NCBI GenBank assembly: GCA_030141605.1
Contig: JAQGDQ010000890.1
Span: 19,289-83,288 of the forward strand
From: Tubiluchus corallicola
Lineage: Eukaryota; Animalia; Priapulida
Length of the DNA: 64,000 nucleotides
Direction of reading: 5' to 3'
The translations under genes and the position numbers were made by a program. The notes under the pieces were generated by a model that had not been told where the DNA came from, ran no database searches, and saw only the letters and a program-made list of their open reading frames with translations. Positions 1 to 12,407 of the stretch are shown here, piece after piece. The first letter of the stretch is position 1, and each line of letters begins with the position of its first letter.

Positions 1-323
1 CATTTCAAAAAATCCTTTTGTGCATGATAAAAATTCACGAATCAAATGCCTGTGTAACATATATGCCTATTATAAGTGTAGGAATAAAAGTTGTGATCTA
101 AATTAGGCTCCTATATTCAATGTGAAAGACATAGATTGCTTTTAACACGGTTTTTACTGAAAAAAAGTGCTTTACATGGTGAACCATACAGTAGAAAGTG
201 AGCTTGAATCATTAAGCAGTGTCTTTACAAAATTGGTTTTTTTGCACACTAAAACACTTTAAGCATGGTACCTAACATAAGTTAGTAAAATAACATGAAA
301 TTTACTATTTAAATGAAACTAAC

Positions 324-455
324 CCCAGCTCTGAAAATCCCATTTGAGCTCCATGTAAAAATCACCTAGTTGTTTTAAGGCTTGCCTCAACCTCGGCCGA
401 CGATCTTCTAGAAGTTCACGTGATTGACTCTTTAATTTCCTCAGCAGCGCTGAAA
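324..455 (-). CDS. ANKRD13C: ANKRD13C coding exon 4 (gene continues beyond left edge)
   Basis: ag|TT...TGG G|gttag. Encodes (I)SALLRKLKSQSRELLEDRRPRLRQALKQLGDFYMELKWDFQSW, containing the ANKRD13 DFYxExKWDFxSW motif. Phase 1-1, matching exon 3. Confidence 0.93.
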
Positions 456-2007
456 CTATTTTTAAAGTAAAATGATCAATAAATGCAAATTTTGTAACAA
501 AACAAAAAAACAAACTACCAAAGTCTTTTCTCGTGATATTCACAAATGTTTCCTATATTTCACCCTTTTCCCAAAGAAAGGTCAAAATTTTGGACATTCC
601 GACACTTTTTAGTGGTTATCAGTTACTTATCGTAGACTGGAATTTTTTGTTGTTGCTCAATTAGTTTTTCTTCTGTTGAAAGACGGTTGTCCCATTTAAA
701 ACCATTTCAGAGATACAACAACTGATTGGTAACTGATATCTAAATATTGAACATTTAATGAAGGCAAATTGATCAATAAACAATGGACTACTGACCTATT
801 GCATTTGGCAACAAGGCTTTTTAAACTGCTGGAACATTGTGTGATTTGATGCCATTATTACTGGCATGTCTGACAGTTTTTACAAATTATTTATACTAAT
901 CATGGATCTATTGGTTGTTTCCACTCAACAATAACTCAGCTTTCCGTCGCCACAAAAGCACTAATTTTCAAATCACAATAGGGTTACAAAGTTTCATAAT
1001 ACATCTATCATTCTGTAAATGTAAAATTTGGGCAGCTTTTACCAAATACCTGATCCATTAAAACAATCAAAACCTGATAAGTGATAACAGAGCTATTCAT
1101 AACTACAGTTTGAAAAATGGTCATTTTTAAGAAAATTTATTTTTAAAGAAATTTTTAACAAAGTAAGCCTACAACGTAATTCAAAGTTAAGACTTGCAAA
1201 AAGGCTGCAAAGTACACAAAAACACGTGTGATATGTTTAACTACGAAAAACTATAATATTATAATTTTTAATATAAATAAAATTATAACAAAAATATTTA
1301 AAAAAAATAAGAGCATTTATGGTATCTTTAAAGATCATTCATTTTAAGATGTTAAATGTATGGTCACCATAAATGAAGAACAATGGAAAATTCTTTAAAA
1401 TAGTAAACACCATTATTTACTGTATACAAAGCTCAAGAATAAACAAAAAGCAAAAATTAAAAAAAACACAAAATGGATATATTGAAGGTCATAGAACAAA
1501 GAGTTAGTAGTTCTGACACTGAAACTGATAGAAACTAAAAATTCTGATTAGTGTAAAAGTTTAGCTTCAAATACATATCCCAAAAGCTTTCTGTGCAAAG
1601 TTTTCTTGCTAACTCAAAATATTTGTGCCACGTGGCAAAACGTCACTGTAACACCATCCCAGTACCACTAATTCATCGGAAAACACATTATTGATCTTAC
1701 ACAGCATAAAAAGTAAGTTAAACTTTTACTTAGTTAGTGAAGAGTGTGCTACGAACGCTTTATTTATTTTTTCAAACTTTATCTTTGTTTATTCCTCTTT
1801 CAAACAGTTCGAACAGCCTGTGGAATAAATCACTAGGAAATAGCTGCAGGAAAAGAATATCGCATCCGCAGGCTGCTTAAACGGGTGCATTGAAAACAAT
1901 ATAAACAGATTTTATCTATTCTGCATCATCCAAAATGCATCTGCATCCGCAAGTTACATAAACGCCACTTAACATGGTACTAATAAGAACCATAACTGCT
2001 AACTCAC

Positions 2008-2112
2008 TTGTCAGTCTGTCTCCATAACTGATTGCCTCTGCTAAAGGACTCCAACCTTGAGAGTTTTTTATTTTCACGGGAGCATTGTGAGCAAGCAATA
2101 AATACACACATT
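2008..2112 (-). CDS. ANKRD13C: ANKRD13C coding exon 3 (ankyrin repeats)
   Basis: tttgtag|AA...ACA A|gtgagt. Encodes (E)CVYLLLAHNAPVKIKNSQGWSPLAEAISYGDRLT, typical of ANKRD13C. 105 nt, phase 1-1. Confidence 0.95.
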
Positions 2113-3478
2113 CTACAAATTCGAAACAAATAGTTTAACTGTATATAAAGGAATGTAGGCCAATTTTGTAGTGTTTCCATTACTGCTACCACTACATTTA
2201 CCACGACTACTACCATTACTACCACTACCCGGGTACCCTAGTAATTACCTACATTGTTTATTACCCGAGCCCAATTTTTTTACATACTTCCAACAATGAA
2301 AATGCTGACTCTATTAAATTTTGTAACACAATAACCATTGTTCAAAAATTTAAACTTTAAACGCCACCTTCTGCTGTGCACTTCATCTGTGGGTACCTAC
2401 TAGAAGACTATTAACTGCTGCTTTACAGGATAACAGCCAGTAGGGAGCTGCCAGGTCAAACCATCTTTGCCATAGGGGTGGCTTACAAAAAACAAACTAT
2501 GATTCCTTTACTAAGGGGTTAATTATCCAAATGAAATTCTTTATTAATCTTTAAAAACCAATTTCAGGCCACTAACAAAGACACAAATAAACAGACCTAT
2601 AAGTTTAAAAGCCCCCAAAAAGCATAGTATAGATTATTTTATTCACCTAATCCTACGCTGTATTAATAGTGCTCAGTGCAGTATTACCTAACTGACATAG
2701 CTCACTCATTGAAAAAGCATGCAATATAATAATTAAGAAGTCTGGCAGTTAAAAAATCAGTCAAATGCATTGTGGGGGGAAAATACTAACTTTTGTGACT
2801 TACAGCTCATGTGTTCAAGCTCTCAGGGTATAATAAATGAATGCTTGTTGTTAACATAACAGTGCAGTTAGTTAAAATGTACCAGTGGTTGTTTTTATTT
2901 GTGAACATCAATCATTACAGTTTTTTCACTACCGCTGAATCATAACAAGGTTCCGGGTATCTGCCTGGGACTATGTCGAGCACATGTATTATCTGGATAA
3001 ATTTTTTTATCTGGCCTTTGTACTTTTTGTCTAGCTACCTACAGAAATTTTATACATTAACCAACAAACAATATTTATACAGGCCTATAAAGCTGCTTCA
3101 ATTCAAGTAAACTAAAGTTTCAAATGCATTAGCAGTAGCCATTATTCAATAATATAAAACTTTAATTTTATACACACATTATCTGCAGTTTCATTCAATC
3201 ATCTGCAGCTCATAAGTATAGTAATGTGTGCATTTACATAATCTCTATATCATGACGTGGGCTCGTGAAACAATGTCATTACTTCATGGTGGGATGCACA
3301 TGATTATCACGACAAAATTTCATGTTGGCATTATCACATTTTTACAATGAGTTGTAGCAACAGCATGACACTGTGTCTGCACAGATTTTGCCTGATAACG
3401 GCTACACGGTCACAATGCTTTTATAGTGCTAAAGTGATTTAAAGCTTACGATTCGAATCATAAGATTTGAAAACATAC

Positions 3479-3520
3479 CCTTTTTCCCAAGCATGACAGC
3501 TAAATGTAAAGCTGTGTTTC
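3479..3520 (-). CDS. ANKRD13C: ANKRD13C coding exon 2 (ankyrin repeat core)
   Basis: tttatag|GA AAC ACA GCT TTA CAT...AAG G|gtatgt. Encodes (G)NTALHLAVMLGKK. 42 nt, phase 1-1. Confidence 0.93.
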
Positions 3521-3952
3521 CTATAAAAACAAACAAACATAAAATCCTTAAAAAATTTAATCCCAGCAAAAGCTACAACATAGAATTGATAAAATTTGGC
3601 AGAGAAAGTTTGCTTTGTAGTGCAGTCACAACAGTAAGATCTTTTCAATTAAATTCCATTTTATTTTTAATACACTTAATAGATTAACCACTATTTTTTG
3701 GTTAAATTTGATTCTGGTAACTTTTATGAGCAAAGATGTCAGTAAAGAAATTATATTTTAATTTATCATAGTGGTTACAACTCAGCATAAAACGGGGGTA
3801 ATAAGATATCATAACTCGAATGACGATTACTGTGCCAATTTTAACTAGTAATAAAAAAGTAGTATTAAGTGACATAGAATGCAACATTTGGTTAAAATAA
3901 ACAACGGAAACGAAATATGATAATTAGTTTAATAATATTTGCTGCAACTAAC

Positions 3953-4061
3953 CATGAATATCTTGCAGTCCTATGTCGTTTACACGTAGCAGTGCTGAAA
4001 GACGTCGTACATCTCCATTAAATATGCATTCATGGAGGGGATAATCACTGTTTGCCTCCAT
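3953..4061 (-). CDS. ANKRD13C: ANKRD13C coding exon 1
   Basis: ATG in aaaATGG context. Encodes MEANSDYPLHECIFNGDVRRLSALLRVNDIGLQDIH, then G|gttagt. Matches the ANKRD13C YPxHECxFxGDVRRLS start of the ankyrin region. Confidence 0.93.
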
Positions 4062-5759
4062 TTTGCGTTTCCTGCTCAAAGCGTCATTGTGTTCATTTTA
4101 AGGCGATTTCATTTTATTTTCTCCACGACTTGGCGGCGCAACAGTTCAGTTCAATAACTAAGAGCTGTAAAGCAGCAACCGCCTCTCTGTAATTTACACT
4201 GTGCAACTAATTGTGCTTAAACAGTAAAATTTCTCAAAGTTTTGGAAGAAAATATTTAAAAATATACACACCCGCTCATAAACACAAATGTATTGCCCAC
4301 TATTATTATAACGTTAATTATAAATAATTTATATTATAAGTTAAAAAAAGACAAGGCACCTCACTTTTGCTGAGACAAACAGATAACATGTGCCGCGGGC
4401 TGTTACATATCTCTGGCTTGCTGAATCATTACAAATCATAATTATCTCAGTGCTTGAATCAATGCAGTTGGTTATAAGATTCGGCCCCACTCTTGACCTC
4501 AGCGAACTTATCCTCTCGCCTGAGATGTGGTTGCCATCACTGAATAACCAATACAGCTGCATTGATGCGATAAAAAGTGTGGTTTTTGGTATAACTCAAC
4601 AGCTATGATACAAAGACATTTTTCCAGTATCATTGTTGTGGAACCTTAAGCCTGAATGAAATTGTTGCTGACTGTAACAGATTCGTTACTATCTGCTGCA
4701 TATTTTTTGCCAAGGTTTACCTATATTTGGCCCAAATTCATTTTATTACAGTTCAAACTTAGATAAAACCCTTATTTACTTAAATTTTTTAAGATTCTGT
4801 CAACTAGTCCATGTTTGAGATTTTATAGTTGCATAAATTAGATACTTTGATCGTCTCTTGGTAGTGCTCGTTTTCAGAAAATTTCCCTGCTAGCTCTGTT
4901 AGCAGTATTGATATGAACAGCATAGATATTATGGCAGACATAATAGCAATCTAGCAAAAAGTGTTTGTCCTTTTAAGCGAGCCTGTCACATCAGACGAGA
5001 ATAGCGCAAGTAAAAAGCTGAGATAAACAGAAACTGGGGAATGTTAGATCAACCAGATACACTCGTTATATGTACACAGACATCAAGCACGCAAATGATG
5101 TATCATAACTTATTTCGGACAAAAGAAGTTTGTTTAAATCTATGATGTATCATTTTTTTAAATATTTTATTCCAAAAATTTTACACAAATTTTTCTTTAC
5201 TGGATCGACATTAACAAAACACTAACAAAATTTTTATGACATCTTTAAAAAATTAATCATGCAGTTAAAGGTAATAAACTTTTATTATAATGAAAACTTT
5301 AACTGTAATTTCTTATCAATCTTCCCTTTTCAAATACTCCACATATAGGTGCTCATTATACACTACACACTACAATATTAATTACCAACTTTACTATTAC
5401 GAAAAATGTATCATTAATTTAATTAATTAACAATATTAACTAGCACTCAGTATTTTAATAACGTTCCCAACATTTCGAACAGCAACAACCACAGCAGCAG
5501 CAGCAGCAGCAATAACAACAACAACAACAACAACAACACTGGGAGAGCAACTAACTGTAATATCTTATAAAACATAATTAAGCGATTATAAGATTAATTT
5601 TAATGAATCACGTACATACGTCTCATTTTTGCTACCTAACCACTACAGACGTAAATTAAGAATAATTTATTATTATGATGCTACCAAAACTGCCCGTATT
5701 CATCACAATAATCACTTATCACCATTGTAATTCACACGCGTATTTAGCTGGACGATTTA

Positions 5760-5990
5760 TTCCACTGATTGATAATGTGTTCTTGATCAAACGTTAGTGG
5801 GTTCAAATCCAATGCTTGTTCCGAACATTAAAATGGGCCCTGCTGGTCTTTGCAAATCAAGTACAGCATCAAAAAATTATTATCCAAGCTCTGCTTATAT
5901 TATATTGTATTGTATTGTATCGTATCGTATCGTATCGTATCGTATCGTATCGTATCGTATCGTATCATATCATATCATATTACATTATAT
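5760..5990 (+). mobile_element. Degenerate tRNA-derived SINE with (TATCG/TATTG)n tail
   Basis: B-box-like GGTTCAAATCC at ~5800, followed by a ~100 bp body and a pentanucleotide microsatellite tail. Confidence 0.4.
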
Positions 5991-6022
5991 TATATGTGTA
6001 TATGTGCGTGCGTGTGCGTATG

Positions 6023-6131
<109 letters not shown>

Positions 6132-6296
6132 ATATGCATTGTATAGGTACAGAAATATAATCATTTCATTTTGTTTTGCCCAATTTATCTCACGCTGTAC
6201 TAAACAACATGGTCTGATTATCATATTATTACTAGTTGTAGCAGGATGAGAACCTAGTGGTTTATCAATAATTATAATCATTATAATTTTTCTAGA

Positions 6297-6486
6297 TTAA
6301 CAGTGTGTCATCGCAATGTTGTCATGGCTTTCATCAGTATGACACTTTTTCGAATCCTCATTTGCTCCAAAACAACACGTGGGGTAAACTGAGGCACATT
6401 CACGCGAACTTTTAGCCTTTTTGTCCAGTGAACTTTTGTCGGGCATCGAGAAAATCAATTTGTCCCAAAATCTTGAATCTTCATAT
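6297..6486 (-). CDS. Toll-like receptor coding exon 11 (TIR box 3 and C-terminal tail, stop)
   Basis: ttccgtag|A TAT GAA. Encodes (R)YEDSRFWDKLIFSMPDK...AMTHC*. The FWxKL TIR box 3 continues directly from TNTYL in exon 10, phase 2. Confidence 0.9.
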
Positions 6487-8199
6487 CTACGGAATAACTT
6501 TTCAAATTAAGTGCTGGAAAATTCATATTATACACGTCTGTGACCCGACAATATGATACAGAAAAAAATTAGGTGACTGGGAGTTTTACGACATTAAAAA
6601 ATTTTCTGACATTTGAGTTGCAAGTATCAATACGTCTATCTATTACTAGTTCTGCATTTAATTGGTTATAATAACTTTCCATTGTGTATCTATATGTCTT
6701 TTTCAAGGTGGCAAGACTATGTACTCTTTGCAATTTTACACGGATATAATAGCTTTGTACTGATAAAAAAAATAGCAGATAAAAACAATACTAACATACA
6801 TAAAGGCAAGAAAGTAAAAATCGACGATAGGCAATAAAAATGATCAAAAGAAACGTAAAAAGCCTAAAGAGCAGAGAAACAATGGGGCAAGAAAGGCAAA
6901 TAAAAGCTGAGCAACACATTAGGTAAAAATAAAAATAAAAAATTACGAAAAAGAGACATGGCAAATAGATAATAAAAATAACAAAGATGACAATAAAATT
7001 AACAGAACCAGCTGTTTCATCAGTAATGATAACACTGCAACAATGACGATGACAGCAACAACATTAACAACGTTGAAGCGAGTGAATAGCTGAGTAGTTA
7101 CAGTGTGCACTTAGTTGCAAAGTTAAGTCCATGCTGATTTCATGCATTGACCTGCAGTGCACTACTTTTAGTTACTAAATGCAAAATAGTGATGATGATA
7201 TACTGCTATTGGGAAACTTGCAGTTGTTTTCAAAAAAGAGAGCACCAGCCTTGCAAATCTTTTTTAATATTCTTTCGTCAGTCTGTCATTTTAAATCCTG
7301 TGACTTCACGACTTTACTTAAAAATAGAAATATGGATTTACTGGTAATTTAAGGTCATTTTTAAAACTAAAGAGCGTATAAAATTTCAAAAGATGTCTAC
7401 AGTTTGTATGTCTAATGCTTGTTTGCATGCCAAACTTCCAGAAAAGAATTTCCAGGAAAAAAATCCAATTTTGATTTTAAAACGTTTTAAACATAATTCA
7501 GGTCACCACTGGAGACGTAAAGCTTTCAAACCAAAATTTAATTTTGCAAAAAGGACTCGTCCCCTCAGATGGGTCATACCACAAGCTTCTGGGCTACCTC
7601 CATGCAGCATTTTTTACGGTATACTGTACAGCCATATAACTAATCATACAATAGCTACCGCCTATCGGCTATCGTACTTAGTATTGTGCGTACTCTACAG
7701 TTCCATCCGATGGAGGTCACACATTCCTAGAGCCCTGTCGTATGACCAGTTATTCTATCGGAGATGCCATCCCCACTTATTACAAAGCCGAAAACTTATT
7801 TATATATAGAGTTGCTTTACTCAAACAGTTTGTGGTACGTTACAGTTGTTTAGCATTGTTGTCTACGTGTATTTTAAACTTTATCACGTGGCGACATCTT
7901 TGAGTGAGTAATTGCATATATTTTTCGCGGTTTCCCAAACAGTTTGTGGTGCGTTATAATTCTTTGTATTGGTTGCTATGTATTTTTAAATTTTATTCGT
8001 GTGGCGACATCTGTAATTTTAAGATCTATTTGTGCGCGCATTGGTAAGGCTTCTTGCTGTACGATGACGTCATTTGTTTGGATGGCGCAACGAGTAACGT
8101 GTTCGTCTACAGACATTACGGTTGTGAGTTCAAATCCCCCGAAATAAAATTTCGTAAATAGGTTTCTAGCAATTCAAACTTTTTTGCATCATTTATGGT

Positions 8200-8920
8200 G
8201 TTAATATGTAGCTTTGGGTTATTCACTAGATGAATAAAATCGGGAAAAAATGGAAAATGATCAAACAATGAACGCTAAGTTGATGCTCATTAAATGACTA
8301 TATGATTTTAATAAGAGAATTTGCTTTCAAAATTCAGAGTATGGTAACTTTCTCTTCCAGTTTTCCTCCTAAATATTTTACTCCAGATCTCCATGCTCAT
8401 GATCACTATACTGCATCTACTAATTACTTTATGCCACAGCACTAGACTAAATATAAAAATACCGAGTGCTATAAAACTTTCGTTGAAAATCCCTGATGAA
8501 TTGAAAATGTTTAGTTTGAGTAAGTTTAAAAAATCAATTAAACAAGTTTTTTGTTTGATTGTTGTTCATAATCTACCGAGTAAACGTTTTCTCGACGCAT
8601 CTGTTGTAAGAATTATTGTTAGTTCAATAGAATTGTGTTAAGAGCTTTTCAAATGTTCAAGTGTTTCCTTTGAGTGATGTTGTAGTTGTTCCATGAAATT
8701 TGACAGGTTTCGCGAAATTTACAATCCTGTTTTTGCAATTCAATTTATGTAGTTATAGAAGTGATGTTATCAGTTGTGGTGTCCAACCTGGTGGAGGAAG
8801 AGTAAAAACTACTTGCTCCTTCATCCTCCTTATAACAACTTTCTTTTTATTGTTATTATATTATTGTATCGTTGCATTTGTTGTTGTAAAATAAATTTAT
8901 TTTATTCTATTCTGTTCTGT
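8200..8920 (+). mobile_element. Decayed CR1/L2-type LINE 3' end
   Basis: Residual peptide ...STRLNIKIPSAIKLSLKIPDELKMFSLSKFKKSIK resembles the CR1/L2 ORF2 C-terminus. Followed by a GGAGGA...TCCTCC stem-loop, AATAAA and an (ATTCT)n tail. Confidence 0.55.
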
Positions 8921-9596
8921 CTTTATCTGTCCTGTCATTTCCTTTCCTATTCTATTTCTCTCCTTTGTCTGTCTGTCTCTCCCCCTTTCTGTAATATCAC
9001 TTTGTGGTTATCATCGCCAGTCAAAAGTGTTAATAACCGCTGTGTTCTCGATTCCAAAGATCCAATTGTTGTTAAATTATCAGACAAGGTTACAGCCTTT
9101 CGTTCATTAGATTGACCTTGCCTCGCACATTGAGATCTTAGACGGGAGAAGTATCTTACAGAAGTATCGTTTAAACGCCTACTCTTAGAAGTTTTCAGTT
9201 CTTGTGCAAAATGTCCAAATGACGTATGTGTCCAAACTATCTAGTGTCCAGTTATCCTGTTTAGCCTTTATACCCAATGCGTCAACAGATTACCTTGTGT
9301 CCAAAGGGCCTGAGTGTCCAAAATACCTTGTGTTCAAAGTGCCGTGTGTTCAAATGACTCGTTTCTAATTGTGGACTTCCCTCGGGTCTCTGTTTATCTT
9401 GGCGCCTTAAAAACTTGGAATCTGTAAGAGCTCAATATAGGAGCCAAAATGCATAACAAGCAGTGACTCTAAAACTATAGTAGCTATAGAGTTACGGAAC
9501 TTATTGGATAGACACCTGGGAGTTTTGTTAGGGATTCGTACAATGGTACATTTTTTGCTTATTTAAGGGCCAGAGACAATAGTCAAAATGTGACAA

Positions 9597-10150
9597 TTTG
9601 GGCATTCTTGGCGGCTTGGCATTCTTGACAGCTTGGCATTCTTGGCGGCTTGGCATTCTTGGCGTCGTGGCGTTCTTGGCAGCTTGGCATTCTTGGCGGC
9701 TTGGTATTCTTGGCGTCGTGGCGTTCTTGGCAGCTTGGCATTCTTGGTGGCTTGGCATTCTTGGCGGCTTGGCATTCTTGGCGTCGTGGCGTTCTTGGCA
9801 GCTTGGCATTCTTGGCGGCTTGGTATTCTTGGCGTCGTGGCGTTCTTGGCAGCTTGGCATTCTTGGCGGCTTGGCATTCTTGGCGGCTTGGCATTCTTGG
9901 CGTCGTGGCGTTCTTGGCAGCTTGGCATTCTTGGCGGCTTGGTATTCTTGGCGTCGTGGCGTTCTTGGCAGCTTGGCATTCTTGGCGGCTTGGCATTCTT
10001 GGCGGCTTGGCATTCTTGGCATCGTGGCATTCTTGGCAGCTTGGCATTCTTGGCGGCTTGGCATTCTTGGCGGCTTGGCATTCTTGGCATCGTGGCGTTC
10101 TTGGCAGCTTGGCATTCTTGGCAACTTGGCATTCTTGACATCGTGGCAGC
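9597..10150. repeat. 17-bp minisatellite (TGGCATTCTTGGCGGCT) with 119-bp higher-order repeat
   Basis: About 32 units of three variants. The same variant block recurs at 9661, 9780 and 9899 (7x17 bp). Confidence 0.95.
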
Positions 10151-10898
10151 TTGACGTTCTTGGTTTAGAGCCTTGGCGGGACAGAAAGTCAGTGATGAAA
10201 GTGCGCGTGATGTAAGCCTCAATAAGAGTTGTAAGTCATTTTTGTGTGTTCCACATGGCATGTGAGTACATTAGAAGTTTTCCAACATTTGTGATGTTCT
10301 TATGCAGAACACCTATCCTCATTTCAGGGTTTTTCTAATCATTTACCAACACTAAACTGTCTGTCTCTTTCCTAGCCCCTTTAGCGTTTTAATTGAATAA
10401 CTGTTTATCCTTATGCTCATCAGAGGCGCATGGCCTTTGTTCGTCTTTTTGTTCCTTCAGTATAATTATTGCAGTCATGACGTCATCAGGCTATTGGTTT
10501 CAATGTCAATCTTATTATCAGCGTTTGAGCGTTTTCGTTTTTGTTAAATCTGTCGTCCTTACTTAGAAAATTCCTTACTTGAGATACATGTATGGTGTAT
10601 TTTTTGTCACAATTTTTTGTTGTTTGTTTTGTCATGGTCTCTGTAAAATGTGGCAATTTTTCATTTGTTTTAAATTTGTAATCACTGAAGATGGCGGCAC
10701 AGTGTTTGTTGCTAATGGCGGCAGAGTGCTTTTCTGTTAAACATTTTTAATCATTTACAAACTACAAACGACTTTTACCTAGTTTGGAACACTGCAAACC
10801 GATGTCGAGTTTTTACTGGCTGGTGTATGAGTTTGTATTTTCAGTGGATAGATGGCGCTTGCAGGCGGAAGGCGGTAAACAATAATCAACAGCTCTCT

Positions 10899-10901
<3 letters not shown>

Positions 10902-10946
<45 letters not shown>
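10902..10946. repeat. (CT)n microsatellite
   Basis: Seen directly. Confidence 0.95.
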
Positions 10947-10949
<3 letters not shown>

Positions 10950-11320
10950 ACATCTCCAAGTACTTTTCTCTATCTCCCGATCACTCTTCATTGCAACAAT
11001 TATTTCTTCTTTTTCCTTTTTGTACCTTTCTTTTTTGTCATTTTTCCTTTTCGTTCATGATACTACCATTATATTGTTTGCATGTATCTTCTTTACTATT
11101 TTTTTTGTTTTTATTTCAATTATCTTTCTACCATAGTTCTTCATCGTCTCTTTAACTCTTCCAGCCTGGCAAGCAAGGCACACACACCAGCTTACTCACC
11201 AAGTTTTAGTTGTTGTTCTAGCTTGTGTTCTATTAGTTTATCAGTTTTTAAATCAACAGTGGTAACAAATATAAGCAAATCTGCAATAGCAACTAACTTT
11301 ACATGACAACAATTACTTAC

Positions 11321-11415
11321 CTGAGATACGTATTAGTGCTAATATAAGCTTTCATGTTTTCATCCATATCATCTTGAGAAACATTATCAATCATCACCAT
11401 TATTATGCGATTTAC
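11321..11415 (-). CDS. Toll-like receptor coding exon 10 (TIR C-terminal half)
   Basis: ttaacag|GTA AAT...CTC AG|gtaagt. Encodes VNRIIMVMIDNVSQDDMDENMKAYISTNTYL(R), with the typical Toll AYxxTNTYL motif. Phase 0-2. Confidence 0.93.
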
Positions 11416-11899
11416 CTGTTAAAAACATCAGTCTTATGGTATTATTATCAGATATGCTTGAAATATTATTTGTGATAGGTGTATGCGAATTAAAGCATAG
11501 ATTTAAAAAGCATCATTACGACTAGGAGAACCTAGCAACTAGGATCATTATACCCCCTTCGTATAATTAGAACATATATTCAAACATGAGTTTAAAAAAC
11601 AATACTTGAATCTTACGGCCTAATTATTAAGTTTCTGCAATTAAAAATACGCATCTTTAATCCTATTTTCATAACTGCGAAAATGAATCATTTGGTTTAG
11701 ATCATCGATCCTGGTGCTTTATCATCGTTAGCACTAATTTATTATCATTGTCATTATCACTATCATTGTCTCAGCATTAATATCACCAAAGTTGCCATCG
11801 TCGTCGCCGTCATTTTCGTCTCCTCACTTCCATTTGTTTTACTCCATTTAACGCATTTATAGTTTGTTAATGTCATAATAAAGGCTTATCCATGTTTAG

Positions 11900-12216
11900 C
11901 CTATTGTTTTGCTATTCAGTGCTTATTGTTAACACTAGTATTGTTATTCAGTGATCATTGTTAACACTTGTATTTTTATTCAGTGCTTATTGTTAACAAA
12001 GGTTTTGCTATTCAGTGCTTATTGTTAACACTGGTTTTGCTACGCAGTGCTCATTGTTAACAAAGGTATTATTCAGTGCTTATTGTTAACACTTGCATTT
12101 TTATTCAGTGCTTATTGTTAACACTAGTATTGTTATTCAGTGCTTATTGTTAACGCTAGTATTGCTGTTCACTGCTTATTGTTAACACTGGTTTTGCTAG
12201 GTAGTGCTTATTGTTA
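11900..12216. repeat. 32-bp minisatellite (~10 copies) in TLR intron 9
   Basis: TATTCAGTGCTTATTGTTAACACTAGTATTGT recurs at 11913, 11945, 11977, 12009 and onward. Confidence 0.92.
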
Positions 12217-12256
12217 AAAGGTAATTAAATTCACATTAATAATAAATCAAGATTAC

Positions 12257-12407
12257 CTGATCAGTGATTGCTCTATGATGAGCTGACTGAAACTCAAATT
12301 TGCACCATCCACTCGTCACGAAGTCGTTAGTCATTAACACAATGGTACGACGACTATCTTGAATAGCTTTAGCTATGTTCTCAGCAATGAAGCCAGCTAC
12401 AAATTCC
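12257..12407 (-). CDS. Toll-like receptor coding exon 9 (TIR BB loop to helix C)
   Basis: tttcag|G GAA TTT...GAT CAG|gtaatc. Encodes (R)EFVAGFIAENIAKAIQDSRRTIVLMTNDFVTSGWCKFEFQSAHHRAITDQ, with the classic SRRTI and SxWCxxEF TIR motifs. Phase 2-0. Confidence 0.95.

Noticed and set aside
4341-4608. Overlapping 72-73 aa ORFs upstream of ANKRD13C
   Set aside because: No recognisable domain or splice context. Probably chance or a decayed TE.
8080-8145. tRNA-like A/B boxes
   Set aside because: No convincing cloverleaf. At most a decayed SINE head.
9528-10261. Six long repeat ORFs as a protein gene
   Set aside because: Explained by a stop-free 17-bp unit that is not a multiple of 3, inside an intron.
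10779-10991. ORF as the last TLR exon
   Set aside because: Lacks TIR box 3. The exon at 6297-6486 supplies FWDKL in the right phase.
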